From the sequence record NZ_CP104760.1: 64,000 bases of DNA; one strand, written 5' to 3'. This DNA comes from a plasmid. This document shows, one piece after another, positions 55,887 to 64,000 of this stretch (positions are counted from its first letter, which is position 1; every line of letters starts with the position of its first letter). A program made the translations under genes and the position numbers. A model generated the notes under the pieces. It was given only the letters and a program-made list of their open reading frames with translations. It was not told where the DNA came from and ran no database searches.

Positions 55887-56863
55887 AAGAAATGAAAAAA
55901 ATGGGCCGTACGCTGGGTAACTCGAGTTTTTCCCGCATGCTGAGCGAAACGGAAAGCACGCGCGTTTTCATCCTTAAGTCCGGTGCTGAAGCGCGCTTTG
56001 CCCTTACTAAGATTCTGCATGATGATATTGAAGCGCAGACCTATGTCGATGCCGCGGTGAATGGCCGCGACCAGGCTTTCCTTACGCCAGAGTCGGTCAG
56101 CGATATTTCCCGGACGATTAAACTGCAGCAGTTCTTTCCAGCTATTGGTCGCGAAGTGGATGGACGTATCGAAGTGCTGGATGGCTCTCGCCGACGCGCT
56201 GCCTGTCTTTACAACGGCACGCCGTTCGAAGTGCTTGTCACTAAAGATGACCTCTCGCTGGCTGATGCGCGCCAGCTGGCTATCGACATTCAGACCGCAA
56301 AAGAGCACACCCTACGCGAACTTGGCAAACGTCTTATGCTGATGTACCCGGAGAACATGAATCAGTCTGAGATCGCCAGGGCAGAAGGGCTTTCCGCGGC
56401 GAAAATCAGTCGTGCATTTCAGGCGGCCTCTGTACCTGACGAGATGATTGCACTCTTCCCATCCGTGGGCGATCTCTCTATCAATGATTACCAGACGCTG
56501 CTTGATATCGCGGAAAAAGTTGAAGCCCGACATGGCAGTCTGAGCGACCTGGTTGAAGCGGTACGTGAGCGCATCGAAGGGGATGCAACGCTGGATCCGC
56601 ATGACCCGTCGTCTAAAAACAAAATTATTGGCTTTATCCGCTCGGTAAACAGTAGTGCAAAAAGCACTAAGGCTGATAAAAGAGTCGTGACGGAGAAGAT
56701 GGCTGAGTTCGCGGATAAAAAGCAGTTTGCTCGTAAGAAAACAGATGCGGACAAGCGTCTGGTCACCTATGAGTTTTCGCGCATTCCTGCGCACTATCAG
56801 GCTGAGCTGGATGCGGCAGTAAAAGCTATCCTGGAAAAAATGCAGGCCGACAGTAAAAATTAA
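55883..56863 (+). CDS. parB: plasmid partition protein ParB (P1 ParB-like)
   Basis: 326 aa; start overlaps the parA stop (ATGA); ParB/Srx-like N-terminal region and HTH. Confidence 0.85.
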   Translation: MKEMKKMGRTLGNSSFSRMLSETESTRVFILKSGAEARFALTKILHDDIEAQTYVDAAVNGRDQAFLTPESVSDISRTIKLQQFFPAIGREVDGRIEVLDGSRRRAACLYNGTPFEVLVTKDDLSLADARQLAIDIQTAKEHTLRELGKRLMLMYPENMNQSEIARAEGLSAAKISRAFQAASVPDEMIALFPSVGDLSINDYQTLLDIAEKVEARHGSLSDLVEAVRERIEGDATLDPHDPSSKNKIIGFIRSVNSSAKSTKADKRVVTEKMAEFADKKQFARKKTDADKRLVTYEFSRIPAHYQAELDAAVKAILEKMQADSKN

Positions 56864-57004
56864 ATCATAAAAGATAAAGGCCTGAAGCCGTGAGCACTGC
56901 TCCGCACAGGCCTTGATTTTATGCTTCCTGAGCCGCAAAAACCCTGCCAAATACCCACCAAAATAACCTTATAACTTACTGTTTAATAAAAATATAGGCT
57001 AAAA

Positions 57005-57019
57005 ATTTCAACCTGAAAT
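57005..57019. promoter_or_regulatory. parS-like centromere core: inverted heptamers ATTTCAA-C-CTGAAAT, resembling the P1 parS box-A pair
   Basis: seen directly ~140 nt downstream of parB; compare P1 parS AATTTCAAGGTGAAATC (from memory). Confidence 0.45.
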
Positions 57020-57506
57020 TCCCGTCGTTTAACGTGCAAAAAGATGCAGTAATGCGCCTGGGGCTCTGTGACGACATTAAGACACCAACGTGACGTTGTA
57101 TCTTATTGCTCTTTCCTGCTCTCTGCTTCTTCTTGAAACTGTTTGCGTAAAAGAGGGAAATGCAATTAATGCTGTTATCTCAGTCAGTTAACATAGAATG
57201 CATTTCCGGCACCCGGGAACAGTTAACCGTTCACAATGTGTATCTTCACTATATCTCGTTTGTATTGTCCTGAATGTCGTTAACGTCAGGCGTGCATATG
57301 CAGGACAACAGGCCCTGTGCGCCGCGCATCGACTGAACCTGCACTGTAGTAAGTAAATTGTCTCGGCTAGCTTCTCAGGATGTGTTTAACGACGCATGCC
57401 TGCGCGACTCCGAAGCTGTTCTTTGAGAGGTGAAGACGATTGCTAACCTGTGCGCTCAGGCAAAAGCTGCAGTCTGTTTTTTACGAGAGAGAAAGCAGGG
57501 GGAGTA

Positions 57507-58018
57507 ATATAAGCTGTAGTGAGTGAGTTACTCATTACAGCTTATATTACTCACTACAGCTTATGATATAAGCTGTAGTGAGTTCGGACTGCTTTTCTGG
57601 ATCTGTATAAGCTGTAGTGAGTAAAAGGAGCACGTAACTCGCAGCGTAGACAGGGTGCAAGCTCGCGAGGCGATGATTCAGGTTCGTCCAGAGATAATGG
57701 CAGGCCATGAAAGAGGTGTTGCAGCAGGCGCTGGCAGTCGACAACAGAGTAAACAGGCTGTCTACCCTGATACTGGCAGAGGATGCGTGTAAGAAAGGAT
57801 ATAAGCTGTAGTGAGTAACTTACTCACTACAGCTTATATACAGAAGATTCGTGCCAGAAGAACGCTCTTGTTGAGACGAATCATCTTTTTGATTTAGCGG
57901 TATATTTCGCATTTACAGGTAACACAGAAAGAAACGGCAGCCCCTGAAAGGCGCCAGTAGTGGAGCGGTCGAGGACGCTTTTACTCACCAGAAGCTATAT
58001 AAGCTGTAGTGAGTAAAA
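57507..58018. repeat. array of ~8 iterons (consensus ATATAAGCTGTAGTGAGTAA, both orientations) on the 3' side of repA; incA-like copy-control locus
   Basis: copies at ~57507, 57531(rc), 57548(rc), 57566, 57605, 57799, 57820(rc) and 57997. Confidence 0.7.
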
Positions 58019-58071
58019 TGCCTTGTAAAATGGGCATGACGGCGCCTGCCTGCATTTACCATCCGATGCAA

Positions 58072-59094
58072 CTATTTGGTTTTAAATAGTTTTTCCAGAT
58101 CGTCCATCGTAATGCCCAGTTTCTCCAGAACCTCGAGCTTTTTCGCCAGTTCAGGATCGGGCGTTGCCGGGGCAGGGGATGTTGTCGGGATAGTTTCTTC
58201 ACTCTCGTTTTTAGGCGCTTTAAGCTTAGGACGCCGGTAATGCACATTAAAGAAGACCGCACGGCCTCTCTGGACCTCGGTGTAGTCCAGATAGCCAATC
58301 TCCTTTAACTGCTCCATAGCGCGCCGTACGGTCTGATTTTGAGAGAATACAGGGGACTTCAGGTTGAGCCGTGCGCGCAACCGCGCCAGCGATATAGGAG
58401 CAGGGTTTTTGGGCAGGCTTTCGATAAAGGTATAAATTGCCTGCGCTGACTCGCGCCGTTTCAGTACGTTAATGGCTTTGAGCTGTAAAAGGACTTTACG
58501 ATCAAACTGATACAACTCAAACAGACGAGGATCGGCCTGCAAAATCACGATATCTTTCGCAGTGTCGTAGTAAGCAGACTGCACAAGGTGGGTTACGTAC
58601 TCTTTAGAATGCTCTTTGGTGTTTGCCGTGAACGAGATGACCGTACCCGCAATACGCTTCAGAGAAGGGCTTATACGCTCTCTGAGCTTCTTAGAGGAGC
58701 GATTTGAAGGTATCCCACAGAGCTTGGCAAACTCAACAAACGGAAGCTGTACCTTATCGCCGATAACTTTATGCTTCGCGAACGAATGGATAATGCCTAC
58801 CCAGGTTTTGAAATCGTTATCCATGTCCAGCCGGGGGCCGACAATTTCGACTTTATCAAAGCCTTCCGCTTTAGCCAGCGAAAGCCGGGACAGCTCTTCA
58901 GTCGCATCCGTCACTGACATGGTATTTTTTTTGCTATTTTTTAGCGACTTAAGGGTAGGAACAAAAACACCGAGCCTCATAAGCGCAACCGGCTGCACCG
59001 TATTATTGGCATTGGGCGTCAGCGTAACCAGCTCGCCAGTGGATTTGTCCAGCTCCTGAAAAAGAGCGTCAAGATCTATGCTTTCGTTATCCAA
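58072..59094 (-). CDS. repA: plasmid replication initiator RepA (RepFIB/P1-like iteron-binding Rep)
   Basis: 340 aa; strong resemblance to RepFIB RepA ([38 protein letters not shown]...); flanked by iterons on both sides. Confidence 0.85.
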   Translation of the reverse strand: MDNESIDLDALFQELDKSTGELVTLTPNANNTVQPVALMRLGVFVPTLKSLKNSKKNTMSVTDATEELSRLSLAKAEGFDKVEIVGPRLDMDNDFKTWVGIIHSFAKHKVIGDKVQLPFVEFAKLCGIPSNRSSKKLRERISPSLKRIAGTVISFTANTKEHSKEYVTHLVQSAYYDTAKDIVILQADPRLFELYQFDRKVLLQLKAINVLKRRESAQAIYTFIESLPKNPAPISLARLRARLNLKSPVFSQNQTVRRAMEQLKEIGYLDYTEVQRGRAVFFNVHYRRPKLKAPKNESEETIPTTSPAPATPDPELAKKLEVLEKLGITMDDLEKLFKTK

Positions 59095-59281
59095 AACAGG
59101 CTCCGGATCCTAATCGTTAACGATGTAACTCGATAATTTTTATACTAAAAAGTAGTAAAATCACAAAAAGCGAGCAGCTCTGTATAGCTTCTTCAGATCC
59201 GCTGAGCCTGTGGATCAAAAATGGATGATCCGAACATAACAAACAGGGCTGCGTTTAGCATCATGAAATCAAAGGTAAAAA

Positions 59282-59530
59282 TTATCCACAGTTGAACAGA
59301 GAAAACCGTGACTGAACTCACTATAGCTTATCTTGTTTGCAGATTACAGCTTATGCTTTACGCCTTATAGCTTATGCTTTGCTTGTTACAGCTTATATTC
59401 TGCTTATTACAGCTTATGCGATCACCCTTTTAGGCCAGAGCTGACAAGGCCTGCGACGATCGGGGATCTCTTTAGGATCTAATAGGGATCATATAAGGAT
59501 CGTATTGTTGGGATCTATTCAGTGGATAAG
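59282..59530. promoter_or_regulatory. oriR-like origin upstream of repA: DnaA box TTATCCACA, ~4-5 iterons (NTTACAGCTTATGC), a cluster of five GATC-containing 7-mers, and a second DnaA-box-like site
   Basis: DnaA box at 59282-59290; iterons at 59327-59420; GATC sites at 59465, 59476, 59487, 59498, 59512; TTATCCACt on the minus strand at 59521-59529; organisation parallels P1 oriR. Confidence 0.6.
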
Positions 59531-60022
59531 TTGATTCATCAGAGCGCTCCGGAGGCGCGATGACGACCACGATCCTTTTGACGCCCTCCTGAAGAGCGTT
59601 TTTTACAACACGCCTGACAACCAGGGAATCGCTCGCTCTGCTGCCCGTCTGGGCACTGAACAGATACGCCACGGTATCCACACAACGCTAAAACAATCAG
59701 CAGGCTTCGATCTCTCTTAACGCAATGATGCCACAACCCAGGGGAGTTCTGAGTCGTACACTAGCCGCCCTGGCGTTTTCCATTTGTTGTCTGGAAGCAT
59801 GAGTCTGACCGTCTGCTAAGCGTGAACAGCTAAGCAAGCCTGAGCTGCAGAAATCAGCTAATTAAGGTTCAGGTTGTAACTGCGCGGTAGCAGAGACAGG
59901 TAGCTCTTACGCCAGCCCACCTGTTCACGGATATCAAAGGGATAGCCTGACGCAGGAGTTATGCCAGGAAGCAACTGTCAGGCCTGATGGCTTTTTCGGT
60001 TTACACAGCTAAAAAGCGCCGA

Positions 60023-60679
60023 TTATATTAATTCCTGAGCAAAGACATACTTTATTAACTCAGTATTGGAATGCAGCTGAAGTTTACGCATCGCATTATA
60101 TTTCTGTGTCGCCACAGTGCTTACGCTACGCTGACGGACCTTAGCAATGTCCATCAGGCTATAACCGATGGCAAAAAGCCGAATAACTTCCAGCTCTGAT
60201 GGTGACAGCAGAGTTTTAACAGAACCAGTAAGATGATCGCTCATCAGATGCTTCATCTGCTCAGAATAATAGGTGCCGTCTTTTCTCGACAAGATCCAGT
60301 GAAGGGCCTGAACCAGCTCATGACAATCATCTCGTTTGCTGACAATAGCATTTACTGGCACTTGTAATGCTTTTTGTAAAATAGCCGGGTTTGTCTGGGC
60401 AGTGAACACAATAATCTTCAGTTCGGGTAACTGATTATGGATCTTTTCAATTTTCCTTATGCCATTAAAGTCATTGCGCTCAAAACTGATGCGGAAATCG
60501 ATAATTAATATATCTGGCGTATGCTCCTTAAGGCGCATCAGCAAAGTCTCTGCATCCACCGGATAAGTGCACATTTCCTGACACAAAAATTCGACTGCCA
60601 GTATCGACTGGATTGAAGAGATAATAAACGGGCTTTCATCAGATACACCAATCTGAACTGCTCTTTTTTTCTGAGGCAT
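60023..60679 (-). CDS. LuxR/FixJ-type regulator (receiver-like N-terminus plus C-terminal GerE HTH)
   Basis: 218 aa; C-terminal LSPSELEVIRLFAIGYSLMDIAKVRQRSVSTVATQKYNAMRKL; AT-rich gene. Confidence 0.7.
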   Translation of the reverse strand: MPQKKRAVQIGVSDESPFIISSIQSILAVEFLCQEMCTYPVDAETLLMRLKEHTPDILIIDFRISFERNDFNGIRKIEKIHNQLPELKIIVFTAQTNPAILQKALQVPVNAIVSKRDDCHELVQALHWILSRKDGTYYSEQMKHLMSDHLTGSVKTLLSPSELEVIRLFAIGYSLMDIAKVRQRSVSTVATQKYNAMRKLQLHSNTELIKYVFAQELI

Positions 60680-62522
60680 ACCGTCTTAAAAATCCTTTAG
60701 TCAGTGAATAGATGGGCTCCTTAAGGCCCTGCTAATGCTGTCAGCTGACTACCGCATTGGTTGTTCCTGAACAGATCGCGGGAGCAGTCTGAACCTGCAG
60801 CGCCTTTAGCAACGCATAAAGCTGAAGCATTCTCATAACCCTGCATAATGCTTTTGTCTGAGAAAGCCGCCAGGACCATTCTCTGCTGAAGTGACTCCAG
60901 CTCAACATTCAGGCGAAGCACCTTTTAGATCTATTGCCAGTTCGTTTATCCAGCAAAGGGTAATATGTTGAATAAAAATAGCTGTTCACTGCTATTACAT
61001 TCGATAAGGCTGCAATAACATGCCATTTGTATTTTATGCGTTAACTATAGGTTCATGAACACTGGTCAGGGTAAAAATAAGGGCTCATAACAGTAACAAC
61101 AGTGCTGTCTGCTGTAAAATAAAAATGGTTACCTTTGCCAGGGCGTTCTGTCAACGTAACGTAAGGAAACCGGTGTTTTCTGATAAACGAGAAAATTTCG
61201 AATTTGACCTTATTAAAGGCGCGTTAAACTGAAGCTAAGTAAAACAGGTAATGGCGTACTGCTCGCTGTTAACGCATGAAAAATTTTTACTTTTTCTCGT
61301 AATTGCGCTCAAACATAGCTATTCCACCTGCCTGAAAAAAGGACAAAGGAATAACGGTTGCTTAGTGGACCCACCCCTTTAGTATAATAATCAGTTTGCG
61401 CAGAATGTATAGAATAGTTGCCTGTGAGTATATTTTGGGCCTGGGTAAAATTGTGTCCCCTCTGGGTAGTAGCTTACTCTTTTTAAAGAAAACCAGACGG
61501 ATAAGCGTTCCCAAATGAGACTAAAAATATTTAATGCCAGCCCCGGTAAAGCTTTGTCAGAGTGGTATTTTCTTTTAAAGCTCATTTTACCATTATCAGG
61601 CAAAGTAAATTCAGCCTTCACTTTTTGTAAGCACCTGGCCATTTACAATCCATTAACTTGCATTGTAATACAGGGTGACTTGTTAAATTTTTCCAGGTGC
61701 AATTGCTGGTTATTATTCGAACATTTAACATGGCACTTCTGCCAAAAAGCAAAATGCTTTTTAGCAAAGGCTATTTTGGCGTCAGGAATAAGAACAGGTT
61801 TTAAGTGCTATCACTAAAAGGGGGGATAGCAGCCTCTTTAAAGAGTTGGTAATATTTTGTTGACTTGCGGTGTCAAACTGGTTTTAGATTTATCACCTGA
61901 ATCTTTTCGTTTGGTGTCTGGCTAACGTGTGAATAATCGCAGGGATAAAAAGTGTGTCTGATTTTTTTTAATTTTTGCTTGGTTATTTTTAATGAGGCGT
62001 TTTCCTCTCCCGGACATGTATCTCATTCAGAACGCCTGTTTCGCTGTCAGTAATTAACATTCGTTCCATAATGATTAGAGACATTGCATGTGTGCTTGTT
62101 TCTTTGCCGAAATGTTTAGTTGGTTATTGGATAGTGCATATACATAACATCGACTCATCAAATGATAACGGATAGTCAATTTTTTCAGAAAAAAGTTATA
62201 GCACAAGCAGCTGTCTCTTTTTACAGGCACTATGGCCTATAAAAAATCCATACATCTGGTTTAATGTATGGCTGTTTTGTCTTAGTAAGGTTTTTAATGC
62301 TTTCTTTCGGCTGGTTTTGGGGATTGAATTTTATGACCGGGCTCTTATTATACCAAAACAGCTAAATGAATACATTTGAGACGAAAAAACAGGAGATGAC
62401 GCAAAACAGGCACAATACTTCGGGGAAAATGCACAAGTTATAACAAAGTTTTTTTCTATTTTATGTTAATCACTGCGCACGAAGCATGGCTACGTGGCGT
62501 CAGATAGATTGAGTTAATCGAT

Positions 62523-63113
62523 ATGCACAGAGTGACTGAAAATCATGAGCGAATCATCGACGCGTTAGCAGGCTATACGCAAATCGCAGAACCAGATGAG
62601 ATTTCGCGAGGCAAACGCCGTTATCATTTAACTAAGGATAATGTACGTCGGGTTCTGTTCATTCTTGACGGCGATTTTTTGTTAAAACTGAAAAGTGAAA
62701 ACAAAGTACTTAATATTCTTTCTGCGCCTTTTGTGGTCGGCGTCACGCCTGCACTGGATGAACCACCCGTTTATCTGGAGAGGATTGATTATGGAAAAGT
62801 AAGCTTCGTCGACTACGAAACCTTCTGGCGACTGGTCTTTGAAAAGAACCTTTTCAACGACGCCATGTCAATTTTATCAGGTCAATACTCTGACTTAATG
62901 GACTATCTACAGTTACCAAAAAGTAATTCCCACGATGAGGTGGTTTCTCTGATTGAACGCTGGGGGAAACTGCCACCGCATTTGAAAAAACGATTTTCTG
63001 CGCTCTATCTGCTTGAAAACAGCTCGCATCTTTCCAAAAGTTCGATTTGCCGGGTGTTAAAGGATCTGAAAGACAAGGGAGAGCTGGTGCTGGTTAACGG
63101 TAAGTTTGTCTAG
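62523..63113 (+). CDS. putative transcription factor with a C-terminal Crp/Fnr-like HTH
   Basis: 196 aa; C-terminal SSICRVLKDLKDKGELV resembles the Crp-family recognition helix; N-terminus unassigned. Confidence 0.4.
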   Translation: MHRVTENHERIIDALAGYTQIAEPDEISRGKRRYHLTKDNVRRVLFILDGDFLLKLKSENKVLNILSAPFVVGVTPALDEPPVYLERIDYGKVSFVDYETFWRLVFEKNLFNDAMSILSGQYSDLMDYLQLPKSNSHDEVVSLIERWGKLPPHLKKRFSALYLLENSSHLSKSSICRVLKDLKDKGELVLVNGKFV

Positions 63114-63167
63114 TTTTGCATTTGTGTCCGAAAATTTTGGGATGCCTGATGCTAAAAGGAACAGAGT

Positions 63168-63857
63168 ATGGATATTAAGGTCATTTGCACGGACGAAAAT
63201 TATTATTTCAGACTCGGCATCTCCAAAATTATTGAAGAAGCGCTCTTATTAGGTGGAAGTGTAGCGTTCTTATCAGGATTCGATAGCGAAAATTTGCGCA
63301 AGGCTGACATTATATTAGTCAGTGTCTCACAGTGGCGTCTGTTTATGTGCCAGCCAGCTTATCGTTTTCGCAAGCCTGGCAGCATACTTCTGGTGTTCGT
63401 TAATCATATTGAAAACATTATTTCAGATCAGCTCCCGGTATGTTATCAATCCTTAACCCTCATATCCAGAAGCGATGCGGTCAGGAGTATCAGAGATAAG
63501 ATAACTAAAGCCTGGCTGATCGCCAGAGATCAGAAAACGAACGCATTTGCACCAACGGACTGCATGAGATGTAATTATGCCCGAATATCACTGATACAGC
63601 TGCAGGTAATGAGCTTTTTGAAAAGTGGATGCTCGGTTAATCAGACCGCTAAATCTCTGGGGTTGTCTGTTAAGACAATCTATGCGCACAAGTACAATGT
63701 AATGCGTAAGTTTGATCTTAAAGGTGACTGTGATTTTTATTCTTTTCTTAGCGATTTGTCTCTGCTTGACTTATATAAAGGCGTGATTGGCGAGAAAGAA
63801 AACTTCAGGAGGGAGAAGTATATTATCCCTTGTCATCAACAGTCATGCCAGGAATAA
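63168..63857 (+). CDS. LuxR-family (GerE HTH) transcriptional regulator
   Basis: 229 aa; C-terminal LQVMSFLKSGCSVNQTAKSLGLSVKTIYAHKYNVMRKF. Confidence 0.7.
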   Translation: MDIKVICTDENYYFRLGISKIIEEALLLGGSVAFLSGFDSENLRKADIILVSVSQWRLFMCQPAYRFRKPGSILLVFVNHIENIISDQLPVCYQSLTLISRSDAVRSIRDKITKAWLIARDQKTNAFAPTDCMRCNYARISLIQLQVMSFLKSGCSVNQTAKSLGLSVKTIYAHKYNVMRKFDLKGDCDFYSFLSDLSLLDLYKGVIGEKENFRREKYIIPCHQQSCQE

Positions 63858-63918
63858 ACGGTCATTAATTAAATTGAACGAAAAGGTGTGTTTTATTCTT
63901 TTTGTTTAAGAGGCGATT

Positions 63919-64000
63919 ATGAAAAATGAAATGCAACGTAATAACACCCTTCTTACTATCCCACTTAAAGTTGTCACAGGAATGATTATTGGCCTTTTAA
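63919..64000 (+). CDS. 5' end of an ORF (MKNEMQRNNTLLTIPLKVVTGMIIGLL...) truncated by the window edge
   Basis: ATG with upstream GAGG; hydrophobic start suggests a membrane or secreted protein. Confidence 0.3.
   Translation, partial: MKNEMQRNNTLLTIPLKVVTGMIIGLL

Noticed and set aside
56865-57500. Possible additional P1-like parS heptamers (TTCAC motifs near 57225-57250) and an IHF site
   Set aside because: Only partial heptamer matches are present. I kept only the clear inverted ATTTCAA/TGAAAT pair.
59472-59736. Two short minus-strand ORFs (65-69 aa) in the origin region
   Set aside because: They overlap the GATC/DnaA-box origin elements. They have odd composition and no RBS, so the region is more plausibly non-coding oriR.

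Overview
This is a high-GC enterobacterial window (Klebsiella/Pantoea-like). The backbone reads mostly ~60% GC by eye, interrupted by two clearly AT-rich islands, and the 3' end is a plasmid-type maintenance module.

Backbone genes, 5' to 3':
- nudK and a small coupled ORF, a DeoR regulator, a secreted alpha/beta hydrolase, a TetR regulator with a DJ-1/PfpI gene (two copies of a TetR-operator-like motif), an arginase-family enzyme, rluF, and an NCS1 permease.
- A four-gene chaperone-usher fimbrial operon.
- The whole maltose regulon in one locus: malT, malPQ, then malM-lamB-malK divergent from malEFG.
- nudI, an aldo/keto reductase, a LysR/cupin/CMD module, an ArsR-like regulator, and ACT and ABM proteins.
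- The acetoin operon budR/budABC, an lpxL-like acyltransferase, several LysR regulators, an NmrA protein, a GAF-GGDEF cyclase, and an SDR.

The 3' end carries a P1/RepFIB-like replicon: parA-parB-parS, an iteron array, repA, and an oriR-like region with DnaA boxes and a GATC cluster. It is followed by an AT-rich block of LuxR/Crp-type regulators. A replicon of this kind next to core-like metabolic genes suggests a megaplasmid/chromid or an integrated plasmid.

Two AT-rich islands stand out:
1. A ~3.4 kb insertion between malQ and malM. It carries an ArsR-like regulator divergent from a 17-codon sORF, a hairpin, a MccB-like ThiF/E1 adenylyltransferase and a coupled MFS exporter. This is microcin-C/pantocin-like RiPP architecture, but the sORF does not end in Asn, so the chemistry may be new.
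2. A three-gene translationally coupled operon of unknown proteins next to a tyrosine integrase. Its last gene has a PD-(D/E)xK-like motif, which makes it a candidate novel defense or addiction system.

I saw no rRNA, tRNA or CRISPR array.
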